A stretch of DNA of 55,240 bases from an uncultured Candidatus Saccharibacteria bacterium. GTDB lineage: Bacteria > Patescibacteriota > Minisyncoccia > Minisyncoccales > CAYPLZ01. Numbering within the stretch: position 1 is the first letter of the stretch; each line of letters opens with the position of its first letter. Position numbers and translations under genes: made by a program. Below are positions 18,965 through 27,769 of the stretch, in pieces. The DNA lies in contig CAZKRA010000001.1 of assembly GCA_964555095.1 (NCBI GenBank), forward strand, positions 24,964 through 80,203. Reading direction: 5' to 3'. The notes below the pieces were generated by a model. The model saw nothing but the letters and a program-made list of their open reading frames with translations. It was not told where the DNA came from and made no database searches.

Positions 18965-19766
18965 TTTTTTTATTTTTATCCTTATTACTTTCTTTCTTAT
19001 CTTCTTTTTCTTCAGATTCTTCTTCTCCTTTTACTTTCTTATCTTCTTTTTCTAGTTTATTACTCTTATCTTTGGAAATCAAATATTGTTGCCCTACAGA
19101 AAACAATATACTCGTTAACCAGTATATTCCAATTGCTGCTGGTAATTTTGTAAGAATAACAAAAGTAAAAATAGGAAATAAAAAGATCATTTGTTTTTTA
19201 AATATTGCAGCAAACCCATTCCCATCATCTCCTTTTTGTTTTTTCCCCATCATCATTTTAGTTTGAGCAAATTGTGATACAGCAGCTATTCCTGCAATTA
19301 TCATATTTGGATTAGATAAATTAAGCCAATTTAAAAACATTGGGTCAATTTGTCCTGGATTAGGAATAAAGTTATAGAGCAAGCTTAATTGTTCGGGTTG
19401 AAAGCCATGCCAAAACACCCTATATAAAGCAATTAAAATTGGTAACTGTATTAATAAAGGAAGGCATCCACCAAAAGGATTAACTTCTCTTTTTTTATAA
19501 AGTTCCATTATCTTTTCCATCTGCTTTTCTTTGTTGTCTTTATATTTTTTTTGTATTTTCTTTACCTTCGGTTGTATTTTATTTAATGCTTTTTGTGACT
19601 TTAAAGATTTTTTTGTAATAGGATAAAATAATGATCTTAAACTAAAAGTTAAAATTATTATTGCTAATCCAAAATCATGACCAGGGATATACTCATAAAT
19701 TAAAATTAATAAATTAAATAACGGTCGATATAATGCTTGCGTGAAAAAATTAGTAATAAATTCCAT
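18945..19766 (-). CDS. yidC: Membrane protein insertase YidC (short form) with Lys/Glu-rich tail
   Basis: LRSLFYPITKKSLKSQKALNKIQPKVKKIQKKYKDN...GGCLPLLIQLPILIALY. Synteny with yidD and rnpA. Confidence 0.9.
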   Translation of the reverse strand: MEFITNFFTQALYRPLFNLLILIYEYIPGHDFGLAIIILTFSLRSLFYPITKKSLKSQKALNKIQPKVKKIQKKYKDNKEKQMEKIMELYKKREVNPFGGCLPLLIQLPILIALYRVFWHGFQPEQLSLLYNFIPNPGQIDPMFLNWLNLSNPNMIIAGIAAVSQFAQTKMMMGKKQKGDDGNGFAAIFKKQMIFLFPIFTFVILTKLPAAIGIYWLTSILFSVGQQYLISKDKSNKLEKEDKKVKGEEESEEKEDKKESNKDKNKKNESRKN

Positions 19767-19794
19767 AAATTTTAATAAAATAATTTAATTAATT

Positions 19795-20001
19795 TTAAGG
19801 TAAATCAACGCCTCCTTCATGCCACGGATGACATCGGCTAATTCTTTTTATTCCTTTCCAGCTCCCTTTTAAAATACCATATTTTTCAATGGAAAGATAG
19901 CAATATTTTGAACAACTAGGATAGTATCTACAATGTCTTTTCCATAACCTTTTGCTTAAAAAACTATATCCTTTTAATATTTTTAACAAAATTCTTTTCA
20001 T
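19795..20001 (-). CDS. yidD: Membrane protein insertion efficiency factor YidD
   Basis: CRYYPSCSKYCYLSIEKYGILKG...RCHPWHEGGVD. Confidence 0.9.
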   Translation of the reverse strand: MKRILLKILKGYSFLSKRLWKRHCRYYPSCSKYCYLSIEKYGILKGSWKGIKRISRCHPWHEGGVDLP

Positions 20002-20024
20002 TTGTCTTTTTTTTACAAAGAAAG

Positions 20025-20384
20025 TTATTTTCTAGTAGAGCTAGAGAATGTTTCTATTTTTTTAAACAAGTTTTCCACAACCTTTTCAGTCTCTTTAAAA
20101 TTTTTATTTCTAGCTTCTGGCAAAACAATAAATATACAATCTATCTTTTTGTTTTTTAACTTCTTTATTTTTTCTTTAACAATTTCTCTTAATCTTCTTT
20201 TTATTTTATTTCTAACCACACTTCTCTTAGATACCTTTTTACTTACTACAATTCCAATTCTAGGAAAATTTAACTTATTTTCATCAATTTTAACAATTAA
20301 AAATTTATTTTTAAAGCTTTCTCCTTGTTTAAAAATTTTTTCAAAATCTTTTTTATTTTTTAATCTGTTCTTTTTCTTTAACAT
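20025..20384 (-). CDS. rnpA: Ribonuclease P protein component
   Basis: LKKKNRLKNKKDFEKIFKQG...VVSKKVSKRSVVRNKIKRRLRE. Position next to yidD. Confidence 0.85.
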   Translation of the reverse strand: MLKKKNRLKNKKDFEKIFKQGESFKNKFLIVKIDENKLNFPRIGIVVSKKVSKRSVVRNKIKRRLREIVKEKIKKLKNKKIDCIFIVLPEARNKNFKETEKVVENLFKKIETFSSSTRK

Positions 20385-20422
20385 AATATTGTATTAATTG
20401 TAAGTTATTAATATTATAAGTC

Positions 20423-20484
20423 AATTCCACACTTTTTCCACAACTTTTCCAAGTTTTCCACTGTTTTTATAGGGTTGTGAAAAA
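20423..20484. promoter_or_regulatory. DnaA-box cluster (oriC core / dnaA autoregulatory region)
   Basis: AATTCCACA 20423-31, TTTTCCACA 20434-42, degenerate TTTTCCAAG 20445-53, TTTTCCACT 20454-62, and inverted TGTGAAAAA 20476-84. All are close to the TTWTNCACA consensus. Confidence 0.7.
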
Positions 20485-20503
20485 CTAATTAAATTGCTAT
20501 AAT
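20475..20503 (+). promoter_or_regulatory. dnaA promoter: -35 TTGTGA, 17-nt spacer, -10 TATAAT
   Basis: TTGTGA 20475-80, TATAAT 20498-503. The -35 overlaps the inverted DnaA box. Confidence 0.5.
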
Positions 20504-20634
20504 TAAAAGTGAAATAGAAACTCGCTTTTGATTAATTATTATCCTGCTAAGAATGATGATGTAATTTTTGAAGAAAGTAAATAGAGCCTCGCTTTTGATA
20601 CTCGAAGAAAACAATATTAATCCCCTAATTAATA

Positions 20635-21990
20635 ATGGACAAAAAAGAACTCTGGCAAAAAGTTTTAGCCCAAATACAAAATAAAATTTCTTCTACTAAT
20701 TTTGCTACTTGGTTTAAAAAAACTAAAATAATTTCAAAAAAAGATAAGTGTATAACCATTGCTGTGCCTAACTCTTTCGCTAAAGAGTGGTTAAAGAACA
20801 AATATAATGATGATATTAAAAAAATATTAGAGGAGCTTGAAACTAATATTGAAACTATAAATTATACTATTTCAAATAATGCTAATAAAAAAAATAGTAA
20901 AAATAAAAAAGACAAAAAAGCAGATTTAATTGGCCAATTAGGGTTTCAAGAGTTTAAAAAAGATAAAGACACTAATTTAAATTTTAAATATAATTTTGAT
21001 AATTTTGTTGTAGGACCTTTTAATGAGCTCTCTCATGCTGCCGCTTCTGCAGTTAGTGAAAATCCAGGAACTGTCTATAATCCTCTTTTTATTTATGGAG
21101 GAGTGGGGTTAGGAAAAACTCATTTACTCCAAGCAATAGGAAATAAAATACATAAAAGTTTTCCTAGGAAAAAAATAAAATATATTTCTTCAGAAAAGTT
21201 TACATCTGAAGTAGTTTCTTCTATAAGAAACCAAAAAATGGAGAATTTAAAGATTAAGTATAGGAAAATTGATGTCCTAATTTTAGATGATGTTCAATTC
21301 CTAGCTGGTAAAGAAAAAACTCAAGAAGAATTCTTTCATATTTTTAATACGCTTTATGAAAAAAATAAACAAATTATTATCTCTTCTGATAGGTCTCCTA
21401 AATCTATTTCTGCCCTTACAGAAAGACTTCGTTCTCGTTTTGAAGGAGGAATGATTGCTGATATTAGTTATCCAGATTATGAAACTAGAATTGCTATTTT
21501 AAAAACAAAAAGTAAAGAAAAAGATTTATCTTTTTCTAGTGAAATTTTAGATTATATAGCTACAAATATTAAGAAGAATATCAGAGAATTAGAAGGTGCT
21601 TTAAATAAACTATCTGTTTACCAAAAATTAAATAATGAAGAAATAAATCTTAAAAAAGTTAAATCATTGCTTCAAAATTTTATGCAATCATCTAGAAAAA
21701 AAGCTACCCCTCAAGAAGTAATAGATGCTGTTATTGATTTTTATGACGTTAATAAAAATAGTCTTTTGTCTTCTTGTCGCAGACAAGAAATAGTAAAACC
21801 AAGACAAGTTGCAATGTATCTTCTTAAGAATGAATTAAAATTATCTTATCCTTCAATAGGAAAAAAATTAGGAGGGAAAGACCATACTACAGCAATTTAT
21901 GCTTATAAGAAAATTTCAAAAAAATTAGAAGATGATGACAATTTAGAAGGTGAAATTACTTTATTAAAACAAAAATTAGCTAGTGCATAA
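20635..21990 (+). CDS. dnaA: Chromosomal replication initiator DnaA
   Basis: AAA+ Walker A GGVGLGKTHLLQAIGN, LILDDVQFL, C-terminal DNA-binding domain RQVAMYLLK...GGKDHTTAIYAYKKI. Confidence 0.97.
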   Translation: MDKKELWQKVLAQIQNKISSTNFATWFKKTKIISKKDKCITIAVPNSFAKEWLKNKYNDDIKKILEELETNIETINYTISNNANKKNSKNKKDKKADLIGQLGFQEFKKDKDTNLNFKYNFDNFVVGPFNELSHAAASAVSENPGTVYNPLFIYGGVGLGKTHLLQAIGNKIHKSFPRKKIKYISSEKFTSEVVSSIRNQKMENLKIKYRKIDVLILDDVQFLAGKEKTQEEFFHIFNTLYEKNKQIIISSDRSPKSISALTERLRSRFEGGMIADISYPDYETRIAILKTKSKEKDLSFSSEILDYIATNIKKNIRELEGALNKLSVYQKLNNEEINLKKVKSLLQNFMQSSRKKATPQEVIDAVIDFYDVNKNSLLSSCRRQEIVKPRQVAMYLLKNELKLSYPSIGKKLGGKDHTTAIYAYKKISKKLEDDDNLEGEITLLKQKLASA

Positions 21991-22199
21991 GTTATTAAAA
22001 ACTTCTTAAAAAAACTATGGAAAATTATAGTATAATATGTTAATAAAATTAGAATAAAACTTATTAACATGTTTGACACTTTTTTTTAAACATAATTATT
22101 AACAAGTTTCTAAAAGAATATTTTAACCTTAATATAATTTTAATTAACAATAGTAATAACAATAATAACTTTTTAAATAAATTTAACTAATAATATAAT
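21991..22199. other. Very AT-rich dnaA-dnaN spacer, candidate DNA-unwinding part of a bipartite origin
   Basis: 209 nt with very few G/C. Perfect 10-bp inverted repeat ATGTTAATAA (22037-46) / TTATTAACAT (22061-70). TTATTAACA-like words recur. Confidence 0.35.
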
Positions 22200-23324
22200 A
22201 TGAAATTAAAAATTGTTAAAAACAAATTAGAAGATGGATTAAATACTGTAAAAAGAATTACTACAAAATCTTCAACTTTACCTATCTTAAATAATATTTT
22301 AATTAAAACCGAAGATAATTTTTTAAATCTTTCGGCTACTGACTTAGAAGTAGGAGTTAGGTGGTGGTCTCTTGCTGAAATAAATAAAGAAGAAGAAATA
22401 GTTGTTCCCACTAAAGTTTTATCTAATTTTGTAAATTATCTTCCAGAAGAAACAGTTTCTATTGAGAGAGAAGACATGAATTTAAAAATTGAATGTGAAA
22501 ATTATAAAACTCAAATTAAAGGTTTAGATTCAGAAGATTTTCCAATTATCCCAGAAGTAGAAAATGGAAAATATATTTCACTTAATAGTGAAGTTTTTTG
22601 TGAAGCATTGGATCAAGTAGTTAATATTGCAATGCCTTCTTCAGTAAAACCAGAGATATCTGGTGTTTATTTTTCTTGTAAAGGAGATTCTTTAAAGGTT
22701 GTAGCGACGGATAGTTTTAGATTAGGAGAGAAAACAATTTCTTTAGATAAAAAAATAGATAAAGATTTTTCTTTTATACTTCCTCAAAAAGCAGCTAAAG
22801 AAATAGTTAATATTTTTAAAGGAAAAGAAAAAGAAATTAGATTATATAATTCTCCTAATCAAGTTCTTTTTGAAAGCCAAATGGAAGAAACAGATCATCC
22901 AGAAATTCAACTTGTATCAAGGTTAATTGAAGGAGAATATCCTGATTATGAAGAAATTATTCCTAATAAGACAAAAACTACAATTACTTTAGATCTTTCA
23001 GAATTTAAAAAACAAATTAAAACTGCTAGTATTTTTACTTCAGAGAATAAAGAGGTAAAAATCAAAGTAGATCCTAAAAAAAATAAACTTGAATTTACAA
23101 GTCAAAATGCAGATTTAGGTGAACATTATTCCTTTATTAAAACAGAAGATATTAAAGGAAAACCAGTAGAGATATCTTTTAATTGTAGATTCTTATTAGA
23201 TGGATTAAACAATATTAGCACTAACAGAGCAGTGCTTAAGTTAAATGGTGAGTCAAACCCTGCCCTCATCAAATCAACAGAAGAGACAAGCTATATTTAC
23301 GTAGTAATGCCTATTAAGGCATAG
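22200..23324 (+). CDS. dnaN: DNA polymerase III beta sliding clamp
   Basis: MKLKIVKNKLEDGLNTVKRITTKSSTLPILNNILIKTEDNFLNLSATDLEVG. Size is 374 aa. Follows dnaA. Confidence 0.95.
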   Translation: MKLKIVKNKLEDGLNTVKRITTKSSTLPILNNILIKTEDNFLNLSATDLEVGVRWWSLAEINKEEEIVVPTKVLSNFVNYLPEETVSIEREDMNLKIECENYKTQIKGLDSEDFPIIPEVENGKYISLNSEVFCEALDQVVNIAMPSSVKPEISGVYFSCKGDSLKVVATDSFRLGEKTISLDKKIDKDFSFILPQKAAKEIVNIFKGKEKEIRLYNSPNQVLFESQMEETDHPEIQLVSRLIEGEYPDYEEIIPNKTKTTITLDLSEFKKQIKTASIFTSENKEVKIKVDPKKNKLEFTSQNADLGEHYSFIKTEDIKGKPVEISFNCRFLLDGLNNISTNRAVLKLNGESNPALIKSTEETSYIYVVMPIKA

Positions 23325-23395
23325 AGTACATAATGATCTTGTCAAAGATTATCTATTTATGTAGGAATGCCTATCAAGATATAAGCACATAATGA
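23289..23395 (+). repeat. Degenerate tandem duplication (about 60-nt period) of the dnaN 3' end
   Basis: agc tat att tac gta gta atg cct att aag gca tag (SYIYVVMPIKA*) is echoed at 23351-23383 as tct att tat gta gga atg cct atc aag ata taa. acataatga follows both copies. Confidence 0.75.
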
Positions 23396-23405
23396 AATTA
23401 TTTTT

Positions 23406-24449
23406 ATGAAAAAATTTTATATTTTATTTATTAGTGGAATAATTGTTTTAATTATTTCTTTTTTATATTTATTTTTTACTTCTCCTCAAATAATAAAAAT
23501 TTCTCCTATAAACAATCAAAATAAAGTTGATTTAAATTCAAAAATTGAAATTGAGTTTAATAGACCAATAAAAAGAAGAGAGATTAAAATAGAAACCTCA
23601 CCTAATCTTTACGGAGAGATTTCTTTTAAAAAACCTCTTGTTAAGGATCATCTTTATCGAAAAGTAATTTTTAATCCTGTTTTAGATTTAAAAAATAATG
23701 AAAAATATATTGTTAATGTAAAAAATATTAAGGGATTTATTTCTAATAATTCTTCTGATTTTTCTTTTTCTTTTAAGACCGATAAAATCCAAAATGAAAC
23801 GCTTAATCAAAAAGAAGAAGATAAAATCCAAAATGAAACGCTTAATCAAAAAGAAGAAGATAAAATCCAAAATAAAATACTTAATATTGAATTAGACTGG
23901 CAAGATTATTCTTTATCTTGTGAAGCTGCTTCCTTAAAAATGGCTTTAAGGTATAAAGGGTTTAATGTTACTGAAAATCAAATAATGAATAAAATAGGAA
24001 TTGATCCTACTCCTAAAAAAAATGGAATCTGGGGAGATCCTTATTCATATTTTGTAGGAGATATAGATGGAAAAATATGCTCTACTGGTTTTGGTGTATT
24101 TAAGGAACCGGTAGAAAGGGCAGCAAAAGTATGGACAGAAGCAAAAAGTTTCTCAAAAAAGGACATTGATTTTTTAATTGAAGAAATATATAAAGGTAAT
24201 CCAGTTATAGTATGGGGAGTTCTTCCTGGAAAAAAACTAAGTTATTGTTCTTGGAAAACTAAAACAGGAAAAGATATTAAAGTTTTTAAACAAACCCATG
24301 TTAGACTTCTTATTGGTTTTATTGGAGATAAGAATAATCCTAAACAAGTTGTTTTAAACGATCCATTATCAGGTCGTATTTATTGGTCAACTTCGTATTT
24401 TTTAGAAAATTGGGGAAAATATAATAGAAGTGGAGTTATTGTAAAATAA
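23406..24449 (+). CDS. Membrane-anchored protein: Ig-like domain, 13-aa tandem repeat, C-terminal C39-like (papain-fold) peptidase domain
   Basis: N-terminal TM. The Ig-like reading of the segment after the TM is only a guess. DKIQNETLNQKEE occurs x2.4. YSLSCEAASLKMALRYKG resembles the catalytic-Cys region of C39-like peptidases. Confidence 0.55.
   Translation: MKKFYILFISGIIVLIISFLYLFFTSPQIIKISPINNQNKVDLNSKIEIEFNRPIKRREIKIETSPNLYGEISFKKPLVKDHLYRKVIFNPVLDLKNNEKYIVNVKNIKGFISNNSSDFSFSFKTDKIQNETLNQKEEDKIQNETLNQKEEDKIQNKILNIELDWQDYSLSCEAASLKMALRYKGFNVTENQIMNKIGIDPTPKKNGIWGDPYSYFVGDIDGKICSTGFGVFKEPVERAAKVWTEAKSFSKKDIDFLIEEIYKGNPVIVWGVLPGKKLSYCSWKTKTGKDIKVFKQTHVRLLIGFIGDKNNPKQVVLNDPLSGRIYWSTSYFLENWGKYNRSGVIVK
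23781..23873 (+). repeat. 39-nt tandem repeat, 2.4 copies, in frame
   Basis: gataaaatccaaaatgaaacgcttaatcaaaaagaagaa at 23781-23819 and, identical, at 23820-23858. A partial third copy runs to 23873. Confidence 0.95.
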
Positions 24450-24460
24450 AAAAGATTAAT

Positions 24461-26368
24461 TTATTTGAGGGGAGTAAATTGTCCGGGGGTAATGTAATTT
24501 GAAAAGGCTTCTTTCATAACTCCATTCCATATTGGAGTAGAAAACATAATACCTGGTTTAGGCTTCATTTCTTGATTATTATTATTTCCTACCCAAACTC
24601 CGGTAACTAAGTTAGGATTATATCCTATTGTCCAAGCATCTTTATAATCATTTGTAGTCCCCGTTTTAGCTGCTGTATCAAATTCTTCAATATGAAGATC
24701 AGAATTTTCTCCAAACATAGGAGCTCGAGCTTCATTATCAGAAAGAACGCTATTTATTTTAATAGCGGTTTCTTTTTTTAATACTCTTCTTGAAGTTGGA
24801 GTATTTTCTTCTAAAATTTCTCCGGTATCTGTAACTATTTTAGATATTGGAGTAGGAGAAACTTTTTTTCCTTCGGTTGCAAAAACCCCAAATGCCGAAG
24901 TAATATCTATTAATCTTACTTCGGCCGAACCGAGCGCTAGAGAAAGACCATAATGTTTTGGATCTTTATCTAAAGTTGTAATTCCTATTTTCTTTGCAGT
25001 TTCAATTGTATCTTCAATTCCTGCCATTTTATCTAAAACTTTTACAGCAGGGATGTTAATAGATTGAGCTAAAGCATTTCTTAGGCTGATTTCTCCTCTA
25101 AATTTTCCATCATAATTCCCAGGTATATATGGTTTTCCTCCATAAATTCCAAAATTAGTTTCTTCATCTATTACAGTCTCACTAGGAGAGTGTCCTTTTG
25201 AAAAAGCAGTAGCATAAACAAAAGGTTTAAAAGCAGAACCAGTTTGTCTTCCTGGATATTTAGTAACTATATTAACCTGAGGATCAAATAGACAATTTGA
25301 AAAACAACCTTCAGGGTAAGAATCTTTAAAGAAACCTTTTGAGCCTACCATTGCTAATATTTCTCCGTTATTTGGATTAATACTAACTAAAGCTGCATTA
25401 TATGCTCCAAGATTTTCGTTTTTCTTACTTTGTTCTTCAACGATTTTTTGTGCTTTTTCTTGAAGTTCATAATCTAAAGTAGTGTGAACTTCTAAACCTT
25501 TTTTTCTAATAAAAGTTTTTCCATATTTTGATTCAAGATAATCTTTTACATAAAGAACAAAATGAGGAGCACTTATTTTGTTTATTAGAGGCTTAATGGC
25601 TAATTCTTTTGATTTAGCTTCTTCTGCTTCTTCTTTGGTAATAAAATGTTCTTGATATATTCTATCTATAACATAATCTCTTCTAATCTTAAGAGCCTCT
25701 TTATTATTAGAATAATAGCTTGGAGCTTTGATCATAGCTGCTAAAGTTGCAGCTTCTTTAATATCTAAATCTGAAGCAGATTTATTAAAATAATTTTGAC
25801 TTGCTGTTTCAACACCATATAAATTAGAACCCAAAGGAATTTGATTTAAATACCATTCTAAAATTTGTTCTTTAGAATGACGTCTGTCTAACTCTAGAGT
25901 TAATATTATTTCTTTCACTTTCCTTTCTATAGTTTTTTCAGTAGAAAAGAAAACAGTTCTTATTAATTGTTGAGGAATAGTAGATCCTCCATATAACAAT
26001 CTTCTTTGTTCAATATTTTTAATTATTGCTCTTGTAATCCCTTCAATATCTATTCCTTGGTGATTATAGAAATTACTATCTTCAGTAGCAATTACAGCAT
26101 TTTTCATATTATCTGATACTTCAGACAAAGGAATAATTGTTCTTTCTTCTTTACCAGCTATCTCGTAGAGTAATTTACCATTTCTATCAAATATTTTAGT
26201 AGATTGATCAAAAGTTTGCTCTGTAAATTTTTCGGGACGGGGAAGGTCTTTTGCATAATAAACAAATAGAGAAAAGAAAAATAGAACTCCCAACAAAAAT
26301 AGAATTATTCCTGTTTTAAAAAGGAAAAGAAAGATTGTCTTAAGTTTTGATAAAAATTTTATTAACAT
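24461..26368 (-). CDS. Bifunctional class A penicillin-binding protein (glycosyltransferase GT51 + transpeptidase)
   Basis: EDSNFYNHQGID and GGSTIPQQL (GT51). SAFKPF (SxxK) and KTGTT (transpeptidase). Confidence 0.9.
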   Translation of the reverse strand: MLIKFLSKLKTIFLFLFKTGIILFLLGVLFFFSLFVYYAKDLPRPEKFTEQTFDQSTKIFDRNGKLLYEIAGKEERTIIPLSEVSDNMKNAVIATEDSNFYNHQGIDIEGITRAIIKNIEQRRLLYGGSTIPQQLIRTVFFSTEKTIERKVKEIILTLELDRRHSKEQILEWYLNQIPLGSNLYGVETASQNYFNKSASDLDIKEAATLAAMIKAPSYYSNNKEALKIRRDYVIDRIYQEHFITKEEAEEAKSKELAIKPLINKISAPHFVLYVKDYLESKYGKTFIRKKGLEVHTTLDYELQEKAQKIVEEQSKKNENLGAYNAALVSINPNNGEILAMVGSKGFFKDSYPEGCFSNCLFDPQVNIVTKYPGRQTGSAFKPFVYATAFSKGHSPSETVIDEETNFGIYGGKPYIPGNYDGKFRGEISLRNALAQSINIPAVKVLDKMAGIEDTIETAKKIGITTLDKDPKHYGLSLALGSAEVRLIDITSAFGVFATEGKKVSPTPISKIVTDTGEILEENTPTSRRVLKKETAIKINSVLSDNEARAPMFGENSDLHIEEFDTAAKTGTTNDYKDAWTIGYNPNLVTGVWVGNNNNQEMKPKPGIMFSTPIWNGVMKEAFSNYITPGQFTPLK

Positions 26369-26482
26369 TTGTTATTTTTACTTTACCTTTTTTTACTTCT
26401 TTGTCAAAGCAATATTTTACTTTTGTGATAAAAAAATCTAATATTAAATAAATATTAGTTAAGCTAACTTTTAACCTAAAAT

Positions 26483-27709
26483 ATGAAAAAAGATAAAGAA
26501 AAACAAATAGAAGAGTTACTTGAAAGAGGAACAGAAAGAGTTATTGAAAAAGATAATTTAAAAGAAAAATTACTTTCTGAAGAAAAATTAAGAGTAAAAC
26601 TAGGAATAGACCCAACTGGAACTAAAATTCATTTAGGAAGAGCTACTGCTTTATGGAAACTTAGAAAATTTCAAGACTTAGGACATCAAGCAGTTTTAAT
26701 TATCGGAGACTTTACTGCTCAAATTGGTGATGCTTCTGATAAAAAAGAGATGAGAACAGGACTCTCAAAAAAGGAGATAAAGAAGAATATGGAAAATTAT
26801 TTAGATCAAATAGGAAAAATTATAGATTTAGATAAGGCTGAGGTACACTATAATTCAGAATGGTTAGGAAAATTATCTGCAGGAAAATTATTAAGTATAG
26901 CTAAGAAATTTACTGCTCAACAAATGATTCAAAGAAGAAATTTTAAAGAGAGATGGGAAAAAAGTAAACCAATTGGACTTCATGAAATAAATTATCCTTT
27001 ATTACAAGGTTATGATTCAGTTCAAATAAAAGCAGACCTTGAATTAGGAGGATATGATCAATTATTTAATTTAAAAATAGGGAGAGAGCTTCAAAAAATA
27101 TTTAATCAAGAGCCACAAGATATGATGACTATGGAAATGCTATATGGCTTAGATGGTAGAAAGATGTCTACTAGCTGGGGGAATGTAATTAATATTATTG
27201 ATGATCCAAAAGAAATGTATGGAAAAATTATGTCAATGAAAGATGAGTTAATCTATGATTACTTTAGATTATGTACAGATGTTGATTTAAAAGAAATAGA
27301 AGAAATTAAAGAAAAAATAGAAGGGGGGAATTTCAATCCTAAAAAAGCTAAAGAAAAGTTAGGAAGAGAAATTGTAGAAAGATACTATAATAAAAAGAAG
27401 GCTAAAAAAACAGCTAAAGAATTCAATAGAGTTTTTAAAGATAAAGAACTTCCAGAAGACATAAAGGAGTTTAATCCATTTAAAGAGATAGAAGAAGAGA
27501 TTAAAGATGGAAAATTAGACATAATCACCCTTACTTGTGCCTCTGGTATGGCTTCTTCAAACAATGAAGTAAAAAGATTAGTAGAACAAGGAGGAGTAAA
27601 AATAGATGGAGAGAAAATAGAAAAATGGAATAAAGAGATTAACTTAGATAAAGAATTTGTATTACAAGTAGGGAAAAAGAAATTCAGGAAAATAGTTCCT
27701 GAAAAATAG
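26483..27709 (+). CDS. tyrS: Tyrosine--tRNA ligase
   Basis: HLGR (HIGH-like), LIIGDFTAQIGDASDK, KMSTS (KMSKS), C-terminal S4-like domain NNEVKRLVEQGGVKIDGEKI. Confidence 0.85.
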   Translation: MKKDKEKQIEELLERGTERVIEKDNLKEKLLSEEKLRVKLGIDPTGTKIHLGRATALWKLRKFQDLGHQAVLIIGDFTAQIGDASDKKEMRTGLSKKEIKKNMENYLDQIGKIIDLDKAEVHYNSEWLGKLSAGKLLSIAKKFTAQQMIQRRNFKERWEKSKPIGLHEINYPLLQGYDSVQIKADLELGGYDQLFNLKIGRELQKIFNQEPQDMMTMEMLYGLDGRKMSTSWGNVINIIDDPKEMYGKIMSMKDELIYDYFRLCTDVDLKEIEEIKEKIEGGNFNPKKAKEKLGREIVERYYNKKKAKKTAKEFNRVFKDKELPEDIKEFNPFKEIEEEIKDGKLDIITLTCASGMASSNNEVKRLVEQGGVKIDGEKIEKWNKEINLDKEFVLQVGKKKFRKIVPEK

Positions 27710-27727
27710 AAGAACATGGAAAATAGA

Positions 27728-27758
27728 AAAAGCGGAGAGAGCTCCGCTTTTTGTTTTT
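27728..27758. terminator. Bidirectional terminator between tyrS and ruvC
   Basis: gcggag-agag-ctccgc stem with an A-run before and a T-run after. Confidence 0.65.
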
Positions 27759-27769
27759 GGTAATAGAAT

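Noticed and set aside
20002-20397. 131-aa plus-strand ORF
   Set aside because: It is entirely antisense to rnpA, which has a clear family signature. Its Phe/Leu-rich composition is typical of an AT-rich antisense frame.
20385-20634. Expected rpmH (L34) gene upstream of rnpA
   Set aside because: No minus-strand start or Lys/Arg-rich 44-aa frame is present. The spacer is occupied by DnaA boxes and the dnaA promoter. Not annotated.
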